64,000 nt of DNA from Octopus sinensis (GCF_006345805.1 NC_043003.1:105772001-105836000); one strand, 5' to 3'; positions 12,395 to 24,104 are shown, counted from the stretch's first letter. A program made the numbers and translations. The notes: generated by a model not told the origin, from the letters alone.

Positions 12395-12490
12395 CTGGAA
12401 AAACAAAATGAAAAGTCTGATAAATCTCAAGAAACATCGCTCACTCAATATTTCTTTCATTAATTGTTAAACTAAATATATGATATTTTA

Positions 12491-12722
12491 AGGCGGCGAG
12501 CTGGCAGAAACATTAGCACACCGGGCGAAATGCTCAGCAGTATTTCGTCTGCTGCTACGTTCTGAGTTCAAATTCCGCCGAGGTCGACTTTGCCTTTCAT
12601 CCTTTCGGGGTCGATAAATTAAGTACCAGTTACGCACTGGGATCGATACAATCGACTTAATCCGTTCGTCTGTCCTTGTTTGTCCCCTCTGTGTTTAGCC
12701 TCTTGTGGGCAATAAAGAAATA
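12491..12722 (+). mobile_element. Family A SINE, near-consensus
   Basis: ggcggcgagctggcagaaac head through the aataaagaaatag tail. Confidence 0.85.
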
Positions 12723-12821
12723 GATATTTGATTATACACAGTATCTACTTTTATCTTGTTTTGGTAATTGGAGTGGTGGTCGTGCTGGGCTTACTCTCTT
12801 GAAGGGTTTTAATCAAAGAGT

Positions 12822-13029
12822 GCCAGTGGCACGTAAAAAGCACCAACCGATCATGGCCGCTGCCAACCTCCGGAGTGGTTGGCATTAGGAAGGGCATCCA
12901 GCTGTAGAAACACTGCCAGATCAGACTGGAGCCTGGTGCAGCCTCCTGGCTTCCCAGAACCTGGTCGAACCGTCCAACCCATGCTAGCACAGAAAACGGA
13001 CATTAAACGATGATGATGATGATGATGAA
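12822..13029 (+). mobile_element. RTE LINE 3'-UTR fragment
   Basis: ggttggcattaggaagggcatccagctgtagaaac ... gttaaacgatgatgat tail. Confidence 0.7.
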
Positions 13030-13257
13030 ACAGGCCCCAGGGCTTATATTTTAAGTTTGGCATTTATTCTATCGGTCTCTGGTGCTGTACTGCTAAGTTA
13101 TGGAGATGAAAACAAATCAACACTGAGTGTCAAGGAGTAGGCAGCACTAGGAGTTCTCTACACAACTTGGGTGGAAAAAATATCACAAAAGAAATCTGTT
13201 TGAAAGGATTTGTAATATTATCTTTTGCCAAAAGATATCCAAATATGAAAATTTATA

Positions 13258-15175
13258 TCATTATCATCATCATCATCGTTTTAATGTCCACTTTTCTATG
13301 CTTGCATGGGTTTGACAGAGTTTATTGAGGCAGGTCTTCAATAGCTGAATGCCCTTCTTGACACCAACCCTTACCTGTTTCCAAGCAAGGTAACATTTCC
13401 AATTCTGTCTTGACAATGGTGTTACTCCAGAACAGTGGAAAACTGCCAGTGTCATCCCCCTGTTCAAAAAAGGCGACCGCACATCGCCTGTCAACTATCG
13501 CCCTGTCAGTCTTACTAGCTGCATCGCCAAGCTGATGGAATCCTGTATCAGAGAAACCCTCTGGAACTTCTGGAAGTCTCACAGCCTCATCCAGCCGTCA
13601 CAATTCAGATTTATTCCTAACTCCAGCTGCTGTAATCAACTCATCGAGTTTCTTGAGGATGTTACCCAAATCACTGATCGCAGATTCTGGGTGGATGTTG
13701 TTTACCTGGACTTTGCTAAGGCTTTTAACTCTGTGCCACACAAAAGACTTACGGTGAAGCTTTCTGCGTTGGGTGTAAGAGACAAACTCTATAACTGGTT
13801 GAATTCCTTTATTTTCAGCCGAAAAGAGGCTGTCACAGTTCTAGGACAGCACTCTTTGCCCTATGAGATGACATCTGGTGTACCACAGGGATCTGTTCTT
13901 GGCCCCCTTTTATTTGTTGCATATGTTAATGACATAGATGCCAACTTAAAGAATGCCACAGTGCTGAAATATGCAGATGACATCAAGCTGTACCTCAAAT
14001 AAAGAGGTCAAATCCTGTACACTATAGATCTCTATTGCAAGCAGACCTGGACACAATGCAGCAGTGGATCATGGACTGGCAACTCAAGCTGGCTGTGGAC
14101 AAATGTACCACCATGCATTTTGGGAGGAGAAACCCAGCGTCCACCTACTCCCTCCACAACACTAGTCTCAAAAAGTCTTCATGTGAACGTGACCTGGGTG
14201 TTGTCGACAGTGATTTGCGTTGGACAAAACACATCGCTAAAATTGTCAAGAAGGCTGAGGGTGTCTTGGCATCACTCACCAAATCCTTTGTGAGCCGCTC
14301 TCCGGCTATCTATCTGCGGCTTTATATAGCTATGGTAAGACCTCACCTGGAATTTGCATCACTGGTCTGGAACCCCTATCTTGCCCAGGATATCAATCAT
14401 CTGGAAGCTGTTCAGCGACGTGCAACCAAAAGAATACCCTCCATCAGGCATTTGCCATATCCTGAACGCCTTACTTCCCTGGGCATGGACACATTGAAAC
14501 TCCGACGTCTGGCAGTTGACTTGGCAGACACCCATAAAATTATCAACCATCGTACAAACAATAACTCTGAGCACCTTTTCAAACTCCACCCATCTAACAC
14601 CCGTGAACATATTTACAAAGTCAGAAAACAGCACAGCTCCCATGACTTCAGGAAACATTTTTTTCACACTGAGAGTTGCTGAAGCATGGAACAAATTGCC
14701 GGCATCAGTTGTTAGTTGTCGGAGCACTGCATCCTTCAAAACTTCCATGCTTCCTGAGATTTGCCAACTACACCTGATTTTCTCCCCTCCATACACACAC
14801 AAGCATGTATCTGACTCATACATTGTTTGCTTTCCAGACATTTTTACATTACTGCATGTACTTTATATGCACTTTCTGACAAGTTGTGGTGCACCTGAGC
14901 ACTATATACAATAATTTCATTATTATTATTATTTCCCCATGGCCTGACATGGTTTTCATAGCAGACTGGAAACAAACAGCTTCGTTTGCATGATAATGGT
15001 ACTTATTTACCAACTATCATAGAACGAGTTGACAAGGGTGCACACACACACACATGATGGGTATCTTTCAGTTTCTGGATACCAAATCTACTCACAAGGC
15101 TTTAGTTGGTTAAGGCTATAGTAGAAGGCATTTACCTAAGGTACGACACAGAACAAAATTCAAGATCAAACTCTT
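13258..15175 (-). mobile_element. Chimeric SINE (family-B-like head, RTE-like tail) split by the CR1 insertion
   Basis: 13258-13400 and 14931-~15175 join into a sequence colinear with the uninterrupted copy at ~28520-28880. Confidence 0.55.
13401..14930 (+). mobile_element. CR1/Jockey-group LINE, 5'-truncated, RT domain with 1-nt frameshifts
   Basis: WKTASVIPLFKKGDRTSPVNYRPVSLTS, YLDFAKAFNSVPH, GVPQGSVLGPLLF and KYADD motifs. A -1 frameshift near 13998 (restoring one A gives LKIKRSNPVHYRSLLQADL). (TTA)n tail; TSD ATTTCC at 13395-13400 and 14931-14936. Confidence 0.92.
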
Positions 15176-15198
15176 GTACTTATGCATGAATATATACA

Positions 15199-15334
15199 CA
15201 TTATTTACAATTGATGGATATTTGTCCTCATCTTGTTTGTTATTAACACGTTTCAGCTGATATACCCTCCAGCCTTCATCAGGTGTCTTGGGGAAATTTC
15301 AAGCCCGGGTTCTCATTCCTTAGGTATTTTTCAA

Positions 15335-15375
<41 letters not shown>

Positions 15376-15827
15376 TCACTGCCTGGAATCAAGCTCCTAA
15401 ACCCAAGATTCCGAGTTTGATCCCAGGCAGTGACCTGAATAATAATAATAATAATATTAATAATAATAATGATAATAATAATAATAATAATAATGATGAT
15501 AATAATAATAATGATAATAGTAATAATCATAATAATAATGATAATAGTAATAATAATAATAATGATAATAGTAATAATCATAATAATTATAATAATAATA
15601 ACAATAACAACAACAGTAATAATGATGATAATAATAATAATAATGATAATAATAATAATAACATCGAAAAATACCTTACGAATGAGAACCCAGGTTCGAA
15701 ATTTCCCCAAGACACCTGATGAAGGCTGGAAGGTATATCAGCCGAAATGTTGTGTTAACAACAAACAAGATGAGGACAAATATCCATCAAATGTAAATAA
15801 TTCCTCATCTCTTAAATATAGAACTGT
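15199..15827. mobile_element. Palindromic Penelope-like/retrozyme element (hammerhead family 2) with (AAT)n expansion
   Basis: Inverted arms around the central hairpin ttcaggtcactgcctggaatc...gatcccaggcagtgacctgaa. 13-bp TSD ATGAATATATACA at 15186-15198 and 15828-15840. Confidence 0.7.
15711..15756 (+). ncRNA. Minimal type I hammerhead ribozyme motif (family 2)
   Basis: GACAC-CTGATGA-A-GGCTG gaaggtatat CAGCC-GAAA-TGTT-GTGTT. Helix I GACAC/GTGTT, helix II GGCTG/CAGCC. The mirror copy on the minus strand at 15245-15287 has GAAACGT but has lost 2 nt after the cleavage site. Confidence 0.6.
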
Positions 15828-15949
15828 ATGAATATATACATTTTTCCCTAAATTCCATTCAAAAGGCATTAGTTGACCAGAGTCTGTGATTGTGAAGCAA
15901 GCTTTCTACCCACAAACTCATACCTGCATTTATAACCATATGACCACCA

Positions 15950-16363
15950 GGGGTGAGTTGGCAGGATCATAAGCACACCAGCCAAAATGCTTAATGGTAT
16001 TTCGTCTGCAATTACGTTCTGAGTTCAAATTCCGCCACGGTTGACTTTGCCTTTCATCATTTCGGGGTTGATTAAATAAGTACCAGTTACTCACTAGGGT
16101 TGATGTAATCAACTTAATCCCTTTGTCTGTCCTTGTTTGTCCCCTCTGTGTTTAGCCCTTTGTAGGCAGTAAAGAAATAGGTATTTCGTCTGCAATTACG
16201 TTCTGAGTTCAAATTCTACCAAGGTCGACTTTGCCTTTCATCCTTTCGGGGTTGATTAAATAAGTACCAGTTACTCACTGGGGTCGATGTAATCAACTTA
16301 ATCCCTTTGTCTGTCCTTGTTTGTCCCCTCTGTGTTTATCCCCTTGTGGGCAATAAAGAAATA
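15950..16363 (+). mobile_element. Family A SINE with an internal 184-bp tandem duplication
   Basis: ggtatttcgtctgcaattacg occurs at 15996 and 16180, each followed by the full body and tail. Confidence 0.8.
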
Positions 16364-16486
16364 TATAACCCTATGACCTGGTTATCCAAAACAAAATCTT
16401 CATGACCATGTCACTTTGACAAATCTACGAGTTATTAGTTTTTATATAATAAATACAGGTGAAAAATGAGAATATATTTTACTTAC

Positions 16487-16587
16487 TTGGTAATGTATAT
16501 GGTGTCTCTACTGTAGTGTAATAGATATATTTTTGGTTCAAATGTGATGGCCTTTCGTAGAGACCTTGGTACTCAGAAAGATGGCCC
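16487..16587 (-). CDS. Uncharacterized 274-aa protein, exon 5
   Basis: Acceptor tgttttttcAG, phase 2: (M)GHLSEYQGLYERPSHLNQKYIYYTTVETPYTLP; donor GTAAGT, phase 1. Confidence 0.8.
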
Positions 16588-17212
16588 CTGAAAAAACATT
16601 TGCAGAAAATTATATTTATGTTTATGGTGTAATCCAATGAGAGTTGTTTCACCTGATGGAAATAGCAGCTAAGTCTTTCTTGAGGACAAATATATTGGAC
16701 TTTATAGTTTTTAGGTGTGTTATGTTTGAAAATAGTGAGATGGTCATGGTGGGATCTCACGATAATATATAATTATTCATCTTCATGGTACTGCACACAC
16801 ACACACACATCACCATATGTGGCAGGCTTCTTGCAGTTTCCATCTACTGAAACAACTCACAAGGCATTGGTCAACTGTAATTGAAAACACTTGCCCGAGG
16901 TGCTGTACAGTGGGACTGAACCCAAGATGACACGATTGGGAAGTAAACTTCTCAACCACGTCTGCAACTACAGCCATACCATGGTGTGACTGGTATTTAT
17001 TTCAGTGATGCCTAAAATAAATAATATTTATAACTCGCAATAGGATTTCCTTGTCTAGGGAGACGGACAGAAAACGATAAATGGTGTGGTGGTCATGGTG
17101 GAGACACATGTTGATTTATGATGTTCTAAGTTTGTGTTTTTTCCATCTTCAAATTGTGTATTTTGAAAGAATTTGTCTCATTGATTGTTTTCTCTCTAAG
17201 TTTTACCAACTG

Positions 17213-17731
17213 AATCATCATCATCACCATCACCATCATCACCACCATCATCATCGCCATCATCATCGCAATCATCATCGCCATCACCATTGTCATCATC
17301 GTTGTCATCATCATCATCACCATCATCACCACCATCATCATCGCTATTATTCATCGCCATCACCATTGTCATCATCGTTGTCATCATCATCATCACCATC
17401 ATCACCACCATTATTCATCGCCATCACCATTGTCATCATCGTTGTCATCATCATCATCACCATCATCATCACCATTATTCATCGCCATCACCATTGTCAT
17501 CATCGTTGTCATCATCATCATCACCATCATCACCACCATCATCATCGCTATTATTCATCGCCATCATCATCGCCATCATCATTATCATCACCATCACCAC
17601 CACCATCATCATCGCCATCATCATCGCAATCATCATCGCCATCATCATCGTTGTCATCATCATCATCATCACCACAACCACCACCACCACCACCATCATC
17701 ATCGTCGTCATCATCATCATCATCATCTTCA
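17213..17731. repeat. Complex (CAT)n microsatellite with higher-order repeats
   Basis: CAT/CAC/CGT triplets with recurring attattcatcgccatcaccattgtc blocks. It generates the spurious poly-His and poly-Ser ORFs. Confidence 0.9.
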
Positions 17732-17844
17732 TTTAACATCTGTTTTCCATGCTGGCTTGGCTTAGATGCTTTGACAGGAACTGGTAAGGCTGGAGACCAC
17801 GCCAGGTTCCATCATCTGTTTTGGCATGGTTTCTCCTTCCTTAA

Positions 17845-18065
17845 CCCTTTTGTTACCAACCTGGCTGAAACCGGCTGTGGAGCTGTAGTACAAATGTCTT
17901 GTTTTCATGAGTTTTGAATTGAAATCTTCCACCAAACCTTAGTCACAATTTATGTTCCTAACACTAGCTGAATGATAACTAAGTTATTTTACAAAAGTCT
18001 TTGTTATATTTAAAGTAATTGAAAGAAATACAGAGCATCTCAAAATAAATACAGTAACGAAAGGG
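17845..18065. mobile_element. piggyBac-like MITE
   Basis: TTAA TSDs at 17841-17844 and 18066-18069; TIR CCCTTTTGTTAC / GTAACGAAAGGG. Two more copies at 24105 and 26408. Confidence 0.8.
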
Positions 18066-18650
18066 TTAATGCCAAACACTTTACAGCTGTACTGAGTGCT
18101 TTTCGTGCAGCACCAGCACCGGTGCTTTTTACATGGCACCAATCGACTTAAATTCTACTTGCAAATGAAATATTAATTATATTGTAATGATTTGTGCTTT
18201 GATGTGGTACGACCCACATAGTGCTGTTTGACACATTAGAAATGACCAACTTTTTCAGCCTCCGATTCTGACACATTGCAAGTGCTGTTGTTTAACCCCA
18301 GGTCAGTCCTGATTGAGCAGACTCATGATCAAAACATTCTAGTGCCATGACTATCCTATCTTATTTTCTTTTCAGACTTCATAATTCAATGCATTCATTA
18401 TGTTTTAAGACTGCATAGTGTAACTTGATGGAGATTTGGTTGCTATTTCTAGCAGGTTGGTAAGTGACATATGGTATGATATCGTTTTGTGATTTCTTTT
18501 TCAATATTAAAGTAATGTGAAATGATAATGGTGTTGTCAAGCGATGGTGGTGGTGGTGGTGGGGAGACAAACACAGATGCACAAACACACAAATATACAT
18601 ACATACACACACACACACATACATACATACATACATACATACACACACAC

Positions 18651-18689
<39 letters not shown>

Positions 18690-18696
<7 letters not shown>

Positions 18697-18854
18697 GATG
18701 GGCTTTCAGTTTCCATCTGCCAAATTCACTCACAAGGCTTTGGTCAGCCCAAAGCTATAGTAGAAGACACTTGCCTAAGGTGCCCTGCAGTGGGTCTGAA
18801 CCCTGAACTATGTGGTTGGAAAGCAAGTTTCTTACTACACAGCCACTTCTGCAC

Positions 18855-18860
<6 letters not shown>
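18690..18860 (-). mobile_element. Family B SINE, head half
   Basis: Flanked by (TA)n tracts; contains the gtagaagacacttgcctaaggtgcc block. Confidence 0.7.
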
Positions 18861-18909
<49 letters not shown>

Positions 18910-19439
18910 TTATTAGTAACAAAAGCAGTGTTAATATAAAAAGACAACATTTATTCCCACTTAAAAGTGGATGTTGTGTCAAAACACACAATCCTGCAAC
19001 AGTTACCACAAGAGAATCTCTCACACTGGCTTTTGGTGCATATAAGCACTCTTGTTTTTGTCACTAGCAGAGAGATAACTCATTCACCATCGTCACTGCT
19101 CAGACTACCAAATCACATGATTTTGGCCTTTCCTGGCCTTGTCAATGGTAGACACTCAGATGCTGGAGACAGCAGTGATATCTCTGCTAGCGATATACAT
19201 AGAATCTCAGTGCCTAAACAGGCTCTGGTGCCACAAGTAGCCAGTGGGATTATTAATGACAGAAGCCGTATTGATACCAAAAGGTGATATTTATCTCTGC
19301 TTAAAAGTGCCCTAAGGAGCATACAGTGGGGCTGAACCCAAGACCACATGTTTGGGTAGCAAACTTCTCAATGACGCACCCACAGCTGTATCACTTACAT
19401 ATTTCAAAATTTAATAATAACAAAGGGTAAAATTAATTA

Positions 19440-20370
19440 ATTAAGAAGTAATCAATAATTTCACCAAGTAGAATTCGGTATGAAAAAAGGACCATTTCAT
19501 GGTAAACTTAAATAATACTAAATAATTAGGGTTCAGCAAAGATTTGCTTTACCACATACCAAAGTTTGCTTTACCACATACCTGGCTGCTATTTCTAAAC
19601 TTCGGTATGTGGTAAAGCAAATCTTTGCTGAACCCTAATTATTTAGTATTTCAAGATTTAGGTAGATTTAGTAAAACATCCAACCTTTTCTTTATTAAGC
19701 AGGTGGTTAGAAAATTACTTAGAAAAGTTTCACAAACATAATTACGATGGAATGTTTTAATTTAGATGTGAATTATTTAAGACAGAAACATTTGTATGTT
19801 GGGCCCAGGGTGGTGTCGGATGGGTTGGTGTTGAAAGGATTGAACAAGAAAGAAGCTTATAAAAATGACTAAGAAACTGATATGAAAAAGTTACTAACTT
19901 ATGTGGAACGGTGGTAATATATTTTGGAAGTCTTGGAATACTTGTGCGGTTTTTAAACAGTGCTACATCTTGCATTGGAGGCTTTTTATACACAAGCTTT
20001 AAGGAATTGTCATCAGCGGGAGTCTTGGGACACAGGGAGTTGTGTGGATAAAACCTACAAAAGAAGAAAGAATCAATAAATAAAACAAAAATCATTAGAA
20101 CCTGTGGTGTGTGCACGATTTGAATATAAAGGCACCTACCTTCTCTTCTGTGGTAACTATTCCTTCGACACAGCCCCGACCCGAACACTAAAGATAGCAG
20201 CTGCTCACCCAAACCCTTAGTGACCGTCCTCACACGTCTTGTCACCTGGACGACCCACGTTGGAGAGGCCCAATTCACCGCTGCCTGTGCGCACGCCTGA
20301 CAGCTGCCCCTTCCGGTTGCCCCAGCTTCCGGTCAACGCACCCAGCTGCTGACGTCATCCCACACAACCA
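19440..20370. mobile_element. Unclassified repeat-like segment with an internal inverted repeat (possibly Penelope LTR-like)
   Basis: 54-bp inverted arms at 19514-19567 / 19597-19650 and a GC-rich end at 20280-20360. No recognisable protein; the class is a guess. Confidence 0.3.
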
Positions 20371-20649
20371 AATCTAAAAGAATTACAAATAGGAAGATAA
20401 AAAAGAAGTTATCTTTACTCTTTATCTTTTCCTTGTCTCAGCCATTGGACAGCAACCAGGCTGAGGCTTGCCCTTGAAGGTTTTAATTGAATAGCTCAAC
20501 CCTAATGCAATCATCTCATTTGCTGCAGTGTTAAGTTAGATGGATGTAAACAATCCAAGATCTGTTGGCAAGTGGTGATGGTCGTGGGAGACAAACATAA
20601 ACATGATGGACTCTCCCGTTGGTTTCGAAATATGAGGATCTGACACCCT

Positions 20650-21050
20650 ACACTTTCTTTGTCTGTCATAAAGGCTTATGTCGAATGTGAAATTTGAACC
20701 CCACCAACAATTTGCAAAGAAGCCTGCAGATGTTGCAAGCATGAAGATTAGGGGTCAGTGCCGGTGGTATGCTTGCAGCCGCTTTTCACCTTTGTCGTGC
20801 ACCCATAAGCCTGTTAATGCTGGTTGAAACAAAGTCTCTTATACCACCATTTCGACATGACAATCTCAGTTCTATTCACTCCAAGGCTGTTTGCTCAAAG
20901 GTGCTGTGAGCTATATTGACTTTTAAGTGGTTACTCTTCAGCTTGTCCTCATGGCTGAGCCATGGTTGACCAACATTCTTGTGCCCGCTATCATGGTGGC
21001 TGTACATACATGAAGACTTTGGGTATTCTTTTGTCACTCATTCTGATAAT
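20650..21050 (-). mobile_element. RTE/BovB-like LINE ORF2 C-terminal fragment
   Basis: Decayed RMSDKRIPK..Y...GHKNVGQPWLSHEDKLK...HACNICRLLCKLLVGFKFHIRH*, a terminal zinc-finger-like motif. Confidence 0.6.
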
Positions 21051-21126
21051 ACAAACATATAAAGATACATCTTGTTCATATACATACATAGATACATTCA
21101 TATAAACATATATACATACATATAAA

Positions 21127-21325
21127 CATTATTTACATTTGACAGATATTTGTCCTCATCTTGTTTGTTGTTAACACAACATTTCGGCTGATATACCCTC
21201 CAGCTTTCATCAGGTGTCTTGGGGAAATTTCAAACCTAGGTTCTCATTCCTAAGCTATTTTTCGATGTCGTCGTTGTTGTTGTTATTATCATTATTATTC
21301 AGGTCACTGCTTGGAATCGAACTCA

Positions 21326-21376
<51 letters not shown>

Positions 21377-21479
21377 TAATAACAATAACATCAAAAAATA
21401 CCTTAGGAATGAGAACCAGGTTTGAAATTTCCCCAAGACACCTGATGAAAGCTGGAGGGTGTATCAGCTGAAACGTTGT
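21127..21479. mobile_element. Second palindromic hammerhead family 2 element
   Basis: Same arms as 15199-15827. Hammerhead motifs at 21173-21218 (-) and 21437-21479 (+, truncated within helix I). Confidence 0.7.
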
Positions 21480-21659
21480 AAGGTCCAGTTTTATTTTAAT
21501 CTTACAAGGAAAAGTTGACAGTAATTTCAAAGATTCAGCATAGTTGTCTTTGTCAGTCTGATAATAGTGACTGAGCCCAAATGTCAAAGTTACTGTCAAC
21601 CATTTCTTTGTAAATAAATAAAAGATGGCTGTCAACTTGTGAGATGCGTACAACCATAA

Positions 21660-21845
21660 CTGACTAAATAAAATGCCTCTTGGCATTACATGTTGTGAGA
21701 ACAACAATGGTTCTTGAATCCTGCCAGCAACTTATAGAACTTGCTGCAGGTTTGACATTCATACCGGATCTTTTGAATTCCTGGTTCTTCTGGATCATTC
21801 TGATGACTTTCTCTGTGCCCTCTCAGGTGACAAGGTAAACCTGAG
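21660..21845 (-). mobile_element. LINE ORF2 C-terminal zinc-finger fragment (RTE-like)
   Basis: ...IRYECQTCSKFYKLLAGFKNHCCSHNM* on the minus strand. Confidence 0.45.
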
Positions 21846-21869
21846 CAACTTATACACATTTAAACCTTG

Positions 21870-22058
21870 TGAAAACTGACCTCACCTGCGCTTGTGCCAC
21901 GTGAAAAGCCCTCAGTCCACTCTGCTGGGTGGTTGGTGTTAGGAAGGGCATGCAGCCATAAAAACCTTGCCAAAACAGACACAGAAGTTTGGTGCAGACT
22001 TCTGTTAAACCGTCCAACCCATGCCAGCATGGAAGGCAGACGTTAAACGATGATGATG
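21870..22058 (+). mobile_element. RTE 3'-UTR fragment
   Basis: ggaagggcatgcagcc ... gttaaacgatgatgat. Confidence 0.65.
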
Positions 22059-22296
22059 ATATATACATACATGCACACACATGCATACATATCTACCTGC
22101 CTACCTATCTACTTAACAAAATACATAGGTACATACATATGTGTGTACATATATGCACACCATGCATACATATATGTGTATATACATACATATTTATGAA
22201 AGTGTGTATATATGTGTACATATCTCTACATGCATGCACATACACACACATACATGCAGATAAACACAAAGTCTTGTAACTTGATTTGCCAAACAT

Positions 22297-22595
22297 AGGA
22301 TGAGGATAAAAAGGTTAAAGCCAGTTTCCATGGGATGAGGATAAAATGGTTAAAGCCATTTTCTGTGGGATAAATATAAAAAGATTAAAGCCAGATTCTG
22401 TGAGATAAGGATAAATTGGTTAAAACCAGTTTCTGTGGGATAAGAATAAAACAGTTAAACCAGTTTCCCAGTTTCTGTGGGATAAGGATAAAAACGGTTA
22501 AAACCAGTTTCTGTGGGATAAGAATAAAACAGTTAAAACCAGTTTCTGTGGGATAAGGATAAAAACGGTTAAAACCAGTTCCCCAGTTTCTGTGT
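22297..22595. repeat. ~33-35-bp minisatellite, about 9 copies
   Basis: Repeating aaaaccagtttctgtgggataaggataaaaacggtt. Confidence 0.85.
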
Positions 22596-22599
22596 CATA

Positions 22600-22782
22600 T
22601 ATATGTTACCCACCTGGATGGGATACTGGTCCATTGTAGGATTTGTCATTTTTACCACCTGAGTGGACTAGAGCATTGTGAAATAAAGTGTTTTGCTCAA
22701 GAAAGCAACATGTCACCTCGGCCAGGAACTGAAACCACATTCTTATGATCATGAGCCTAACATCCTAACCACTAAGCCACTT
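22600..22782 (-). mobile_element. Family E SINE, partial
   Basis: gtgaaataaagtgttttgctcaag ... ctaaccactaagccac (reverse of the tRNA-like head). Confidence 0.55.
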
Positions 22783-22970
22783 GCCAAACACAGATGCATA
22801 AAATAAGTACCAAAGTTAAAAATAAGTAATTACTAACATTGATATAATTTACTAACTAGTTCCATGGCATTGCTCCAGCATGGCTCCGTTCAATGACCAA
22901 AGCCAGTATGAGAATAAAAGAAAAGATTATCTGTATAATCTATATCATGGTTAGAAGTTCATAAACTTAC

Positions 22971-23131
22971 ATATCAGTAGTATTTTTATTTCTTTTCAGA
23001 GTGTCAGGTTTGAAAGCATGGTGTGTCATTTGGTAAGTTGTTGCATTTGGACTTAGAAGATTAAAAACTCCTTTATCTTGGGGAATGAACTCATAAAGAC
23101 TTTTTTGCTCCAGACCAGCAGGATGACCAAT
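22971..23131 (-). CDS. Uncharacterized 274-aa protein, exon 4
   Basis: Acceptor tatgctttcAG, phase 0: IGHPAGLEQKSLYEFIPQDKGVFNLLSPNATTYQMTHHAFKPDTLKRNKNTTD; donor GTAAGT, phase 2. Confidence 0.8.
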
Positions 23132-23220
23132 CTGAAAGCATAGAAGGAAGATTCAACATTAATTAATTTTATGCAGTATTTCGTGTTTGTACCACATAAA
23201 AAACATCAGTGATAGTTCCA

Positions 23221-23772
23221 TGTAAAAAGCACCTGTGCTGGTGCCACATAAAAGGCACCTGTGATGGTGCCATCTAAAAAGCACCAGTGCTGGTGCCACA
23301 TAAAAGGCACCTGTGATGGTGCCATCTAAAAAGCACCTGTGGTGGTGCCAAATAAAAAGCACCTGTGCTGGTACCATGTAAAAAACACCTGTGCTGCCCC
23401 CCCCCCCAAAGCACCTGTGCTGGTTCCACATAAAAAGCACCTGTGCTGGTACCATGTAAAAAGCACCTGTGCTGGGACCACATAAAAAACACATGTGCTG
23501 GTTCCACATAAAAAGCACCTGTGGTGGTTCCACATAAAAAGCACCTGTGCTGGTTCCACATAAAAAGCACCTGTGCTGGTGCCACGTAAAAAGCACCTAC
23601 TACTCACTGTAAAGTGGTTGGCATGAGGAAGTGCATCCAGCTGTAGAAATCTTGCCAAAACAGACAATTGGTGCCTGGTGTAGTTCTCTGGATTGCCAGC
23701 TCCTGCCAAACCATCCAACCTATGCCAGCATGGAGAACAGATGTTAAATGATGATGATGATGATGATGACGA
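23221..23772 (+). mobile_element. RTE 3'-UTR fragment with a 26-bp minisatellite (~15 copies, 23221-23600)
   Basis: Unit taaaaagcacctgtgctggttccaca, followed by the standard UTR end and (GAT)n tail. Confidence 0.8.
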
Positions 23773-24104
23773 CGACGGTGATGATTTCACTCCAAAAGTT
23801 TGCAAATAGTGATGAATGGATTTTGAAAAATGCAACTGATTGACTGATTAACCGCATGATTAACCAAACAAGTGATATAATCAATTGGTTAAGTAGTTAA
23901 CCAATTGACAAATAATAAAGAAGTGAAATATAACCAGTGCATGTGTTTATTAATGACATAATGACTCTTCTGAAACCCAGTAAAAGTAATGACAGACTAT
24001 TTGAAATGTGAAGCTCTTTGGTAGTGCATCATGAGCTGTTAAAGTAGATGTTAATCTTTGAGAAAGTTAAAGAAAACTGAGATGTGATAATTAATTAGAC
24101 TTAA

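Noticed and set aside
15279-15831. Poly-Ile and poly-Asn ORFs
   Set aside because: Translations of an (AAT)n tract inside a palindromic repeat.
17081-17917. 278-aa His/Ser-rich ORF
   Set aside because: Translation of a (CAT)n microsatellite; no splice or domain support.
18967-19287. 106-aa + strand ORF in unique-looking sequence
   Set aside because: No recognisable homology and no partner exons; probably an old decayed element.
19975-20025. Additional hammerhead (CTGATGA on the minus strand)
   Set aside because: No GAAA and no helix I pairing; at best a dead remnant.
21255-21707. 150-aa minus ORF as an exon of the 274-aa gene
   Set aside because: It lies in the 3' UTR of a LINE fragment and runs into the palindromic repeat. 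The gene splices in frame without it.
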